Assembly (NCBI GenBank): GCA_032128875.1
Contig: JAVLKG010000004.1
Location: forward strand, 704,405-768,404
Direction: 5' to 3'
Source of the DNA: Candidatus Melainabacteria bacterium 17Bon1m
GTDB lineage: Bacteria; Cyanobacteriota; Vampirovibrionia; Obscuribacterales; Obscuribacteraceae
Length of the DNA stretch: 64,000 nucleotides
Shown here piece after piece: positions 1-9,927 of the stretch (its first letter is position 1; the number at the start of each line of letters is the position of its first letter). A program made the position numbers and the translations under genes. The notes beneath the pieces were generated by a model, which did not search any database, was not told the DNA's origin, and saw only the letters and a program-made list of their open reading frames with translations.

Positions 1-1020
1 AGCGCGACAAAAGGAGTTAAGTCGGACGCGGAAGTCTATGGGCGAGTCGGAACAACATACACTTCACTCGATAAGACAGTCAGCGTCTCAATTTTGAACG
101 ACAAAGAAGTGAAGATGAATATCAACGGCGCTGAAGCAAAAGTGCCTTACGTGCTCATCACCAACGGCTTGCTAGATGCTCAAAAGGTGATTGAAGGTTA
201 TTTCGTACCTCGCGAGAAGTGGTATCAATTCGTCGACGACCAGCTTGTTGCGCAAGACGGCGGCAAGCTCTACGCCAAAACTGCCGTAGAGTGGCGCGTC
301 ATCGATGGCATGATGCGCATCGTTGATTTTGCGCAAAACTACTTCAAGCTCAAGGGCACGTATCCTTCCAATGCCGAGCGTTGGAAAACTCAACTGGTTT
401 CGAAATGGGTAAACCCAATCACCGGGCGAGCAGAGCCCATTATTCTTCAATCGGTCTCGCTCGACGTCGGCCTCTCGTACATTTTCGGCGGCGCTGACAC
501 TCAGAAGAAAGTGCTCGATTTCCTCGGAACAGGCGCCACCTGGGTCGATGAAACCAAAGCAGACAAGTGCTCGATTAAGTGCCTAACTACATTCGGCACA
601 GAGAAATCGGTAGATGGCTTCAGATCTCGCGATTTCTATATTCATGGATTCGACCGCGATGCGCAGGTCTTACCCGGCGCCACGCCGAAAGAGCACACAG
701 TAATTTATCTGGATAATGGCGAAGACAAATTCACTCAAAAGTCGCAAGCAGCCTTGAAAGATAAAGCTTCCGGCGAAAGGTTGATGCCTCACCGCCTCTA
801 TCTAGTCCGCATGAAAAACGAAGGTGATCCCTTCCTCGTCAAGGACGCCGGCTACTTCCTTGTTGGTGGACTAGCAGCGTTTTTCTTCGTTCTTTGGGCG
901 TTGATCGACGTTCCAAGCCGTCTGAAACGGGAAGGTTCGAAGATTCGCCTGCTGGAAGTTTTGACCGTTACTTTCCTCTTACTTGTTCTAGTTCGCTATG
1001 TCATGAAATTGCTTGCTTAG
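1..1020 (+). CDS. Hypothetical membrane-anchored protein, 5'-truncated by the window edge
   Basis: The frame is open from base 1 (SATKGVKSDAEVYG...) through the track ORF 94..1020. Two C-terminal hydrophobic helices (GYFLVGGLAAFFFVLWALI; LLEVLTVTFLLLVLV). No recognised family. Confidence 0.7.
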   Translation, partial: SATKGVKSDAEVYGRVGTTYTSLDKTVSVSILNDKEVKMNINGAEAKVPYVLITNGLLDAQKVIEGYFVPREKWYQFVDDQLVAQDGGKLYAKTAVEWRVIDGMMRIVDFAQNYFKLKGTYPSNAERWKTQLVSKWVNPITGRAEPIILQSVSLDVGLSYIFGGADTQKKVLDFLGTGATWVDETKADKCSIKCLTTFGTEKSVDGFRSRDFYIHGFDRDAQVLPGATPKEHTVIYLDNGEDKFTQKSQAALKDKASGERLMPHRLYLVRMKNEGDPFLVKDAGYFLVGGLAAFFFVLWALIDVPSRLKREGSKIRLLEVLTVTFLLLVLVRYVMKLLA

Positions 1021-1161
1021 AAATCTTTTCATTTTGGGCAACCAGGACAGTTTCAGCAGAATGTCATGGCGTTAATTTCACGCTAGTCCGTCGCGGCTAA
1101 AATTTGGCTATTAGTCGACCCAGGTCGGCTGAACAATTATCAACAGCCAACCAACACAGCC

Positions 1162-1839
1162 ATGCAAGAAAAACAAACACAAGCTGCACACCCAAATCCA
1201 AAAGACCGCAATCGATCAATCATCTGGGCGCGATTTGCCGCTGATTCTGCCGAGTGGGTGATTCTCTCGCTGCGAGCAACGGACATCGTCTCTGATGGCA
1301 ACGCTCAGAAGCTTGTCTCGATAGCTGTGCTGGGACACTGTGGCAAGGTTCTTTTGGAGACTCTCATCAAAACCAGCGAATTCTCTGCGCGAGAGGCAAT
1401 CGAAGGCCACGGCATCGACTACGCAGTGCTGATGAAGGCTCAAAAATATGAGGATGCGGTCGCGGAAATCAAACGATTGATCGAGCGCAAGCAAGTATTT
1501 TGTTGGGATGCCATCGAAACTCGTCAGCTCCTCAGTCAGGTGGCTGCCGCCAACAAAGCTGACGTATTGAGTATTCCTCTTATAAGCGTAAATGAAGAGT
1601 ACGGACGATTTATAGGCAAGTTGAAACCAGGCACATCAAGTTACGAATCGCCTGAATTGAAGCCAGAAAAGAGCGCCGTAGAAACGGCTAAAAACGTGCT
1701 TGCCACCATTATGCAAATGGCAGGCAGCAATCAAAATCTTGATAGCGCCAGCGCCTCACCGATGGGTTGGACAGGGGAATTCTATCGTCCAAAAACTTCG
1801 CCGGCAGAGAAGATCAAAGGTCTTTTCGGCATCGATTAG
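1162..1839 (+). CDS. DEDDh 3'-5' exonuclease-fold protein (DnaQ-like), catalytic motifs degenerate
   Basis: The pattern WVILSLRATD...LVSIAVL...GKVLLETLIK...AIEGHGI...L.KA..Y aligns by eye with DnaQ-like exonucleases, but ExoI DxE reads SLR. Confidence 0.6.
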   Translation: MQEKQTQAAHPNPKDRNRSIIWARFAADSAEWVILSLRATDIVSDGNAQKLVSIAVLGHCGKVLLETLIKTSEFSAREAIEGHGIDYAVLMKAQKYEDAVAEIKRLIERKQVFCWDAIETRQLLSQVAAANKADVLSIPLISVNEEYGRFIGKLKPGTSSYESPELKPEKSAVETAKNVLATIMQMAGSNQNLDSASASPMGWTGEFYRPKTSPAEKIKGLFGID

Positions 1840-1854
1840 GTAATTAAACAAAGA

Positions 1855-3303
1855 GTGACTGCCAACATCAAAGAGCGTGCCAAAAGGAACTCCTACGACG
1901 CAGTAGTGATCGGTTCTGGCATAAACGGTCTATCAGCCGCAATCACTCTGGCAGCGACTGGCATGTCTGTACTTATTTTGGAAGCGCAGTCAACCATCGG
2001 GGGTGCCTGCCGCACCCTGCCTCTGACATTACCGGGCTTCAAACACGACATTTGCTCTTCCATACATCCCCTGGCAATCGGCTCTCCCTTCTTTCGAACA
2101 CTGCCCTTAGAAAAATATGGGCTCAAATGGATACACGCCGATTTTCCTTTCGCGCATCCGTTTGAAGATGGAGCAGCAGTCATATTTCATCGCTCCATAG
2201 AAAAAACTGCCGCGCATTTGGAAGAAGACTCTGCAGCATATAGAAAACTCTTTAACAGCTTGAATCCTGACTGGGACGAGCTCTCGTCCGCACTTTTAAA
2301 ACCGCCGCAAATGCTGAAATATCCTTTTGGGCTCGCCCATTTCGGCATGAAAGCACTAATGTCCGCACGGACACTTGTAGAACGGAAGTTCAAAGGACGA
2401 AAAGCTCGAGCACTGTTTTGCGGCGTAGCAGCGCACAGTGCACTGCGCCTGGAAGATCCAGCATCTGCGTCTGTCGGTCTCGTTCTTTCAGTTGCCGGTC
2501 ACGTAGTCGGTTGGCCTTTTCCTGAAGGTGGTGCACAAAGTTTGACAGATGCACTCGTTGCGTATTTCCTATCGCTTGGCGGTGAAATCATCAGCGAATG
2601 CAATGTCGAGTCACTCGACGAGCTTCCGCCATCCAAGCTGGTTTTGTGTGACATCACGCCGCGACAATTGCTCAAGATTGCCGGTGATAAATTACCTCAA
2701 TCCTATAGAGCTCAACTTACACGCTTTACCTATGGACCCGGTTCTTTCAAAGTCGATTGGGCCCTCGATTCGCCTGTGCCCTGGAAAAATGAAGCAGTGG
2801 GCAATGCTGGAACAGTCCATATAGGCGGGACAATGGAAGAAATTGCCAGCGCCGAAGCGGCCGTTGTTAGAGGCGAGCATCCTGAGCGTCCATATATTCT
2901 TCTTGCCCAGACCAGTCTCTTCGACTCAACAAGAGCACCAGACAATAAACATACGCTCTGGGGCTACTGCCATGTTCCTAACGGCTCAACCTTCGATATG
3001 ACAGAACGCATCGAAGACCAGATTGAGCGTGTGGCGCCGGGTTTTCGCAAGACAATTCTCCAGCGAAATGCATTGTCGCCAATGGCAATGGAAGAGAAAA
3101 ATGCCAATCATATCGGTGGTGATATCAATGGTGGTGCACTCAATCTCGGTCAGCTCTTCACGAGACCGAGCATTCGTGCGATACCATATTCGACACCAGT
3201 TCCAGGACTGTATTTATGTTCTTCATCAACGCCTCCCGGTGGCGGAGTGCACGGGATGCCCGGTTGGTATGCGGCACAATGCGCGCTGCACAATTGGCGC
3301 TGA
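1855..3303 (+). CDS. Phytoene dehydrogenase-like FAD-dependent oxidoreductase (COG1233 type)
   Basis: N-terminal dinucleotide motif VVIGSGINGL, LEA....GG, PGFKHDICS and C-terminal LYLCSSSTPPGGGVHGMPG. Confidence 0.9.
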   Translation: MTANIKERAKRNSYDAVVIGSGINGLSAAITLAATGMSVLILEAQSTIGGACRTLPLTLPGFKHDICSSIHPLAIGSPFFRTLPLEKYGLKWIHADFPFAHPFEDGAAVIFHRSIEKTAAHLEEDSAAYRKLFNSLNPDWDELSSALLKPPQMLKYPFGLAHFGMKALMSARTLVERKFKGRKARALFCGVAAHSALRLEDPASASVGLVLSVAGHVVGWPFPEGGAQSLTDALVAYFLSLGGEIISECNVESLDELPPSKLVLCDITPRQLLKIAGDKLPQSYRAQLTRFTYGPGSFKVDWALDSPVPWKNEAVGNAGTVHIGGTMEEIASAEAAVVRGEHPERPYILLAQTSLFDSTRAPDNKHTLWGYCHVPNGSTFDMTERIEDQIERVAPGFRKTILQRNALSPMAMEEKNANHIGGDINGGALNLGQLFTRPSIRAIPYSTPVPGLYLCSSSTPPGGGVHGMPGWYAAQCALHNWR

Positions 3304-3379
3304 TCAATAAGAGCGCGTTTCGCCATTAAGAAGCGCGTTGCATGATTGTCACCGATCAAGGCGGCTCGCCGCGTTTTTC

Positions 3380-4720
3380 CTAGAGTTTTCTGAAAACAAC
3401 TCGACGGTTTAGCTGTCTACCCATTGCAGTGGAGTTGTCGGCAACTGGTTTTGTATATCCAAATCCGGTTGGTTTCAAGCGTCCAGAAGCGATGCCGATA
3501 TTGACCAGATAAGACTTCACAGAGTTTGCTCGTCTTTGAGACAACTTCATGTTGTAGTCCATACCGCCTATGATATCGGTGTGACCTTCGACACCCAGGC
3601 GAAGCTTCGGATGTTGTTCTAAGTAAACAGCCAGCTTGTTCAAGATTGGCTTAGACACTGCGCGAATGTTCGACTTATCGAAGTCGAAGAGAATAGCCCT
3701 TGTCGTCGCCTCGCCAGTATCTTCAAGTGATTTGATGATGCGACGCGCTTCTGCATTCGGGTCGACACTTTCATCTTTAATCAACCCTTCCAGCTTTGGA
3801 TGCCTGAGTTGAACCAAATTCCAGAGGAAAGGTCCTTGTCCTCTCACCATCAGTGGAAAGCGTGGATTGTCTAGAATCCAGTATTGCCAGTTGTTGTCGG
3901 TTTGGGCATGAATGGTGCGTACTGAAACCAAATGATCGTTGATGAAAAGATCTGCAGGTTCGACATTCAGAGCGCGAATGGTGTGAGCAAGAGGAAAAAC
4001 TTCGCGATTATATTTCAGTGGTGTGTCCGGTCCGTCGAGCTCGAAGTCGCTAATTTCGCCACGTTTTAATGAATTGAATACGGCATCCGAAACACGCAAA
4101 ATATTTGTATATCCAACAAGCGTGCAATTCTGATGCTCGGGATAAAAAAGACTGACGCGGCGCGACGTTTTGACGTCGTTCATCTCGGTTGCGCGCGAAC
4201 CCTCACCTTTGGCGGGCGGTGTCATATGCCATCTAAAGCTGTATCCTGACGCATCGTTGAACTCGACATCAGCTACAAAGGCGTAATCACCAATTCGTTG
4301 CCAGCGAGTATCTACGCCTTGGACAATCGGAAAAACGACGCGCAAGTCTTTGAACATGGTCAACTTGTCGGTCAAATCTCTCTTTGCCGCCGGAGTGCTC
4401 GGAACCGACTTAGTCGGTTGCTTTGCAGGAAGAGCAGTCGGAATTGACGCTGCTTGTGCCGATGGTTGAGTCTGCGCGGGTAAAGTTTGAGTCGGTTGCG
4501 TGGCAGGGCTCGCTGCAGGCATGGTCGGTGGAACACCAGCATTGCTCTGAGCCGGTTGTCCGGGAGTCGGCGCATACTGCGGCGCTGGCTGCGGTGTAGC
4601 AGTGGGTGTCTGGACAGGTGCTCCAATTGACTGCGCCAAGGTTGGCAAGCTCAGGACCAACAATATATAGAGGGCAATGGGCGCAATAAAGCCAAAGGGA
4701 AACAACCGGGTCGCCTTCAA
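3380..4720 (-). CDS. Exported OmpA-family peptidoglycan-binding protein with Pro/Gln/Thr-rich N-terminal linker
   Basis: Signal peptide and low-complexity linker. C-terminal OmpA motifs ILFDFDKS, VEGHTD, NMKLSQRRANSV, GRQLNRRV. GAGGAG RBS upstream of the TTG start. Confidence 0.9.
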   Translation of the reverse strand: MKATRLFPFGFIAPIALYILLVLSLPTLAQSIGAPVQTPTATPQPAPQYAPTPGQPAQSNAGVPPTMPAASPATQPTQTLPAQTQPSAQAASIPTALPAKQPTKSVPSTPAAKRDLTDKLTMFKDLRVVFPIVQGVDTRWQRIGDYAFVADVEFNDASGYSFRWHMTPPAKGEGSRATEMNDVKTSRRVSLFYPEHQNCTLVGYTNILRVSDAVFNSLKRGEISDFELDGPDTPLKYNREVFPLAHTIRALNVEPADLFINDHLVSVRTIHAQTDNNWQYWILDNPRFPLMVRGQGPFLWNLVQLRHPKLEGLIKDESVDPNAEARRIIKSLEDTGEATTRAILFDFDKSNIRAVSKPILNKLAVYLEQHPKLRLGVEGHTDIIGGMDYNMKLSQRRANSVKSYLVNIGIASGRLKPTGFGYTKPVADNSTAMGRQLNRRVVFRKL

Positions 4721-4997
4721 ATCAAACTCCTCAGAATGCGTTCGAACAGTGCTGAGGCTGATTATTTCAGATAGAGAAGGCTTAGACCGCCTAGGTTAGT
4801 TATCTATAGCCAGTTGCTTTGGATTGCTTTACAACATCACGCGGGAAAAACAATGCGAATTGGTTGGGCAGAGAGATGTTACCAATAAAATCTAGGCGCC
4901 CGTGAGGCTCTTGCAATTTAATCTTGTCAGGCGAAACTGCGTCGGGGCTCATGTGTATCAGCAGATAGACCGAGAGGCTAGTAGAGGAGGAAGGGTC

Positions 4998-5774
4998 ATG
5001 AACGCTAAAGAAAACAAAGTACTGGTGCTGGCAGCAATAGCAGTCATCATGCTGGGACAGCCGGCATACGCTAGAGGCGGATTCGGCGGAGGTTTTGGGG
5101 GCGGCTTTGGCGGTGGCTTCAGCGGCTCTCATGGATTTGGCGGAATGGGTGTTCATGGTTTTAACGGTGGCTTTTCGCCTTCAACACATGGCGAAGGACA
5201 TTCTGATTTTGGTGACGGCGGTAGACCAACCGCCAATCAAGGGAATCACCCAGAAAATCCAAATCATCGAAACAATCCAGACAACAATGGAAACCATACG
5301 AACAACGGTGGCAATGAGAATAACAGCGGCAACAACAGTGGTGATCACAATAACGACAATGACAACAACACCAATGTCACCAACAACTTCAATGGCAATC
5401 ACGGATGGGCATCCAATCATCCTTATGAAGCAGCCGGCGCAGCCGATTATGCCTGGAACCATCACTACCCCTACGGCGGCTACGGAGCCTATCCATACGG
5501 CTATTATGGCGGCGTCGGAGTTGGAGTTGACTTTCCTCTAGTGATCGATAACACCACGACTATGCAACAGCCAGCACAACAAAACAATCAACTGGCACAA
5601 CAAGCAATGATGCACGAACGCGCACGAATATTTGCCCAAGAATTGGTTGGAGCGCTCAATCAACGTGCACCGCAAATGGTGCCAAATACAAATCTGAGTA
5701 GCGGAAATCTGAACAGCAGCAATTTGAGCAGTGTCAATCGGAACGCCAGATCAGCCAGCGCGGTTCAACAATAA
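4998..5774 (+). CDS. Secreted Gly/Asn/Tyr/Gln low-complexity protein
   Basis: ATG at 4998 follows GAGGAGG (4984-4990). Signal peptide ending AYA, (GGFG)n repeats, Asn-rich tract, YPYGGYG tract, Gln-rich tail. The track ORF starts at 4902, but 4998 is preferred. Confidence 0.75.
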   Translation: MNAKENKVLVLAAIAVIMLGQPAYARGGFGGGFGGGFGGGFSGSHGFGGMGVHGFNGGFSPSTHGEGHSDFGDGGRPTANQGNHPENPNHRNNPDNNGNHTNNGGNENNSGNNSGDHNNDNDNNTNVTNNFNGNHGWASNHPYEAAGAADYAWNHHYPYGGYGAYPYGYYGGVGVGVDFPLVIDNTTTMQQPAQQNNQLAQQAMMHERARIFAQELVGALNQRAPQMVPNTNLSSGNLNSSNLSSVNRNARSASAVQQ

Positions 5775-5790
5775 CGAAGTTCTGAATTGA

Positions 5791-5958
5791 CTACCAGGTG
5801 TTCTGGTCAGACAGATACGAACTCTTCAGAGCCTGATAGGCAATGTATCCGTAGACGAGAAACAGAATGATGAAGCCGACTGCGTAAAACTTGAAGCTAA
5901 ACCTCAAGAGCGGTCTGACTAGAAAGTCAATCAAAAGTATGCCAGTACTGGCGCCCAT
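5791..5958 (-). CDS. Small 55-aa membrane protein (not in ORF track)
   Basis: Manual translation: MGASTGILLIDFLVRPLLRFSFKFYAVGFIILFLVYGYIAYQALKSSYLSDQNTW*. One clear TM helix; converges on the 4998..5774 gene with a 16-nt gap. Confidence 0.55.
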   Translation of the reverse strand: MGASTGILLIDFLVRPLLRFSFKFYAVGFIILFLVYGYIAYQALKSSYLSDQNTW

Positions 5959-6435
5959 AGAAAGGACCCCAAAGCGGGAGAGAGATTTATTCGACGATTA
6001 ACCGATCGCAAATGATAACTGAGCACCGCATATGACGTCACAAGATCAAAGATAAAATCTTTTGCTTGACATCAGTTAATGTGAAAAGGAATGACTCGAA
6101 TCACTTACCTGTTAATGGTTTACAGTATTTTCCATATAGCGCAGCGCGCACCACATCAGGTGACTGGTTGACGGCTTTGCAACCAATTCCACTCGATTTT
6201 GACCCAAAAGAAGGCAAGAACACCTGGCATTATCACTCGGTTTTCGACTATTGAAAAACTGGACTTATTGCCAGCGCTAAATTAGGCTGCAGTCCTCAGT
6301 CCGGATTTAATAAAGCTGGTAACGCCTAGCTGGCTAGACTTTCGACCTATGGAGTGAGTTCTACCAGGTGTTATCTGCACATGAAAACCGACTCGTCCGT
6401 TCAATGTATATGCTTCAGCGAAAGTCCCTTTGCCA

Positions 6436-8505
6436 TTACAAAGCTTGCAGCTTCTTCAACTGTGGCGCCATTGCTTGAAGTTTCTGAAGATCGCTAGGCG
6501 TCCATAAATCAGCACTTACAGTCAAATGGCTCAAATTCTTCATTGCAGCGAGATTGCTCATGGACTTAGGTGATATCGAAGTACCTTCTACGCACATGAC
6601 TGAAAGCAAAGGTAATTGCCTCAGATATTCCGTTGATTTGTCAGTGATTCTCTTATTTCTGCGAAGTCCGATCATCACCAACTTCTTGGAGTGAGCAAAC
6701 ATGCGCACATCGTCATCAGTAAGGTCCATTTGGTCTCCACCAAAGGAATTCAGATAAATACTCTTACTGATGTCAGGAATCAGAGATTTGCCGCCAGAAA
6801 TTCCGTTTAGTCCAATTGTCGCAAAATTTGGATAGAGCTTTAGTTGCCGAACACCAGCTGCCGTACACTTCGTGTCAATCAATTCCAGGTTTATTAGGCT
6901 TGGGCAATCTTTGAGACATCTCAAACCAACGTCGCTTACAGCAGTATCGAAAACGTTGAGATAGTTGAGCGCTTTCCAGTGCGCACAGTAGACGAGAGCA
7001 GCGTCAAATTCCACGTCAGGATTGAAGTTGATACTATCCTTTGATCTTTGCAAATGAATGTAGCCGAGGTCGTATTCGCCAAATGGTTTGAGCAAATTTG
7101 GGTACTTTCTAAGCGTTTCTTGTTTGACGCTTAAGCGAATTTCCGAGGTCATAGGAATTTCTACTGTTCCAGTAGCGGGCCGACTTAAAACCAACTGTCC
7201 TGCAGAATCTAAGTAGGTCAACAATCCAATAGAAAATGTCTCCGGGAATGTGAAAATTCTCGTAGTAAGCGGACCAATCTTTCCAGTCTTCTGGAAATAC
7301 TGACCATTTGCCAAAAGATCGATATCTTTATCAACAGGTTTGTTTTCTACAAAGGAATCAATTGCAGGTTTGACGGCAATTTGCTCGGGTTCTTTCTTCA
7401 AAAGAAAACCACACACTCCGCCAACTAGAAGACAGAAAATTCCTGTGAAAACCGTGATTATCCAAGATATTGGTTTCGCTTTTGCAGGCGCCAATCTGGC
7501 TATTTGCGGCATTGTCTTGGCAATCGTAAGACTTCCAGTTTGCTCACTTGTCGAGCGCTGAAGAACAGAAAGGTCCTCAGCAAGATCGAGTAGATTTTGA
7601 TATCTATGATCCGGATCTTTCGCCAGTGTTTTCGCGACGATAGCTTCCAACATCTCCGGAAACTCTCTGCCCATCGAGCCTTCCTTGAGACTTGATGGCT
7701 GTTCTGTTTGATGTTTCATCATCAAATTTAGAGCACTTTCACCATGAAAAGGAGGTGCGCCTGTGAGCACTTCGTACATCACACAACCTAGTGAATAAAT
7801 GTCTGTCCTATGATCAATTTTTACGCCCAGGCATTGCTCAGGGCTCATGTAGAGTGGTGTTCCGAATATTTCTCCGGTTCGCGTCAGATTTACTGATTCA
7901 CCACCTTCAGTGTCGGTAAGTTTTGCAATTCCAAAGTCGACGATCTTAGGCACATAGGGTTCGTTGCTACCACCGGATTTGTCCAGCATGATGTTTCCGG
8001 GCTTGATATCTCGGTGCACGATGCCCTCGCTATGGGCATAGGCGAGCGCAAAACATATCGGAATGAAAATGCGAAGGATTTCATCCAGCGGTAAAGTACC
8101 GACTCTCTTTGCGTATTCAGAAAGATTTTCCCCCTCAATCAAGTCCATGATGTAGAAGGGTTGATGAGTAGGAAGAATGCCGAAATCATGAGCTCTTACC
8201 AAATTGGTATGGTTGAGCTTCATCGCCGCTTGAGCTTCTTTTTGGAAGCGACGAATAGCAACGTCGGGATAACACTGCCCCGAAAGGGTCTTCAAAGCGA
8301 ACAATTGGTGCGCGTAAATCTGCTCGACCTTGTAGACGGATCCCATACCGCCATGCCCAAGCAACTGAACAACTTTGTATCTATCAGCAATTATTTCTCC
8401 AGTCTGGAGAACAGCACTGCCGGCTTCACCAGTGGCAGGGCCAGTAAACACAGTGGGATGAATATCCCTAGCTTGATCGGCTGGTGTTTGATTTCCCGAG
8501 TCCAT
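6436..8505 (-). CDS. Hanks-type Ser/Thr protein kinase with TM helix and C-terminal leucine-rich repeats
   Basis: LGHGGMG, ALK, HRDIKPGN, DFG, GTPLYMSPE; TM WIITVFTGIFCLLVGGVCGFLL; LRR units such as LNYLNVFDTAVSDVGL and LINLELIDTKCT. Confidence 0.95.
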   Translation of the reverse strand: MDSGNQTPADQARDIHPTVFTGPATGEAGSAVLQTGEIIADRYKVVQLLGHGGMGSVYKVEQIYAHQLFALKTLSGQCYPDVAIRRFQKEAQAAMKLNHTNLVRAHDFGILPTHQPFYIMDLIEGENLSEYAKRVGTLPLDEILRIFIPICFALAYAHSEGIVHRDIKPGNIMLDKSGGSNEPYVPKIVDFGIAKLTDTEGGESVNLTRTGEIFGTPLYMSPEQCLGVKIDHRTDIYSLGCVMYEVLTGAPPFHGESALNLMMKHQTEQPSSLKEGSMGREFPEMLEAIVAKTLAKDPDHRYQNLLDLAEDLSVLQRSTSEQTGSLTIAKTMPQIARLAPAKAKPISWIITVFTGIFCLLVGGVCGFLLKKEPEQIAVKPAIDSFVENKPVDKDIDLLANGQYFQKTGKIGPLTTRIFTFPETFSIGLLTYLDSAGQLVLSRPATGTVEIPMTSEIRLSVKQETLRKYPNLLKPFGEYDLGYIHLQRSKDSINFNPDVEFDAALVYCAHWKALNYLNVFDTAVSDVGLRCLKDCPSLINLELIDTKCTAAGVRQLKLYPNFATIGLNGISGGKSLIPDISKSIYLNSFGGDQMDLTDDDVRMFAHSKKLVMIGLRRNKRITDKSTEYLRQLPLLSVMCVEGTSISPKSMSNLAAMKNLSHLTVSADLWTPSDLQKLQAMAPQLKKLQAL

Positions 8506-8665
8506 AGACTTTGCGAGGCTTATAGAATCCGCTACAAGGATGCCGTAGGAAGAATGCCTTCTTATTCAATATATGTACCATTCCTGCCACTTTCTAAGCC
8601 AAAGAAATGGCTGGAAAGTTGGTACTACCGCCACATTTGAAAACCATCCGGGCAATATTCGTCAG

Positions 8666-9859
8666 TTACCGAGGATTTGCAAACCCAGCACTCTTCAGCC
8701 TCTGTGTCTGTTTAACCAACCAATTTTCAACAATGTCCGCTGTGCGGGCAGAGTATTGTCCCTTTTCGAAGATCAAATGTTCTGCATCATCAAGCAACAC
8801 ATAATTTTTGTAGGGTGTCTTGAGAGCTTTGAAAAGTCGCTCAGTACCGTCGGCTTTTGAGAGTTTGTCCTTTCCACCCTGCAACATCAAGACTGGCGCA
8901 CTGTCGATGCGAGCAGCCATCTCATCGCTCTGATTCATAAATGCAGCAAACTGCGCCATCTGCTTCGGTGTCATTTCGAGCTTCGCTCTCGGGTCTTTGC
9001 GCCAATTCTCTTGCAGCTGTTTGTCACTCGTCGCTTTTTCGACTACTTTGTCACCGACATTGAATTTCGAATTTGGTAGCACCATCCGCAATGCCACTTC
9101 CATTGCTGTTTTCTTGCCGCCATAAAAATCCGCACCAGGTACAGAGGCAATCAAACCAGAAACGCACTCAGGAAACAGCGCCGTTGCCTGAAGCGCAATA
9201 GCGCCTCCCATCGATTCACCAAGCAAGAACACAGGGACACCAGGATTCATTGTCCTAACCCAGTAAATAGAGCTTCGGAGATCCAACATTGTTTGGTAAA
9301 AATCGAGCTTCTTGTCCTCCGAAGAATCACCTATCCAACTGCCGAATCCTCTTACATCAATCGCATAAGTCGAGATGCCACGATTTGCCATCTCCTGCGC
9401 AAAACCGGCAAAAGATTCCTTATGCAATCCAAAGCCGTGGATAGAAACAATCGCGGCAATGGGTTCTTTAGTCTTGGCTGGCCAGGAAGTAAATGATGTT
9501 TCGAATGACGGCGGCTTAATTACGACAGCTTCGGGCGATGAAGCACCAGGCTGTGGAGAAACGGGCAAAGCAGGAGACGTCGAAGCTGGAGGGGTGGAGA
9601 CATGAGGGCTTGAAACAGCAGAACTGGAAACGGGAGGCGGGGAAACGCGAGGAATTGCTACAGGCTGAGATACCCTTGGTTGCGCGCCAGGCTCACCATG
9701 CTTGATTTGCTTAATTTGAAAGTCGGAATGTCCGAGTGGAATCGGCTTTGCTGCCGGCTTTGAATACACCTCACTCGTGCTAGAAGTGGCCAACAGAAAG
9801 AAAGCCGCAAATACTTGCGACATTTGATTTTGATTCGGAACCTTCTTTTTTATTGGCAT
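8666..9859 (-). CDS. Alpha/beta hydrolase (lysophospholipase/monoacylglycerol lipase family), probably exported
   Basis: IHGFG oxyanion motif, DVRGFG, nucleophile GESMGG, QGGKD (Asp) and AEHLI (His); signal-like N-terminus and Pro/Ser linker. Confidence 0.9.
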   Translation of the reverse strand: MPIKKKVPNQNQMSQVFAAFFLLATSSTSEVYSKPAAKPIPLGHSDFQIKQIKHGEPGAQPRVSQPVAIPRVSPPPVSSSAVSSPHVSTPPASTSPALPVSPQPGASSPEAVVIKPPSFETSFTSWPAKTKEPIAAIVSIHGFGLHKESFAGFAQEMANRGISTYAIDVRGFGSWIGDSSEDKKLDFYQTMLDLRSSIYWVRTMNPGVPVFLLGESMGGAIALQATALFPECVSGLIASVPGADFYGGKKTAMEVALRMVLPNSKFNVGDKVVEKATSDKQLQENWRKDPRAKLEMTPKQMAQFAAFMNQSDEMAARIDSAPVLMLQGGKDKLSKADGTERLFKALKTPYKNYVLLDDAEHLIFEKGQYSARTADIVENWLVKQTQRLKSAGFANPR

Positions 9860-9927
9860 AGTAAGAACTACTCGATACTAATTAGGTTATATCAAGAGAC
9901 TCACCGACAGGCTCTTCATGCAACTTT

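Noticed and set aside
1810..1839. C-terminal KIKGLF of the pseudo-exonuclease as a clamp-binding motif
   Set aside because: Lacks the conserved Gln of QLxLF; more likely an amphipathic terminal helix.
6066..6254. 62-aa ORF in the AT-richer intergenic region
   Set aside because: TTG start, no RBS and no recognisable motif.
5791..6372. 12-bp direct repeat CTACCAGGTGTT at 5791 and 6361, with a partial inverted copy near 6218
   Set aside because: Too short, with no transposase or integrase and no duplicated ORF; could be chance.
6335..6400. TATGG...GTTCTACCAGG resembling a purine riboswitch core
   Set aside because: Lacks the CCGTAAA loop and the P1-P3 stems, and no downstream plus-strand gene follows.
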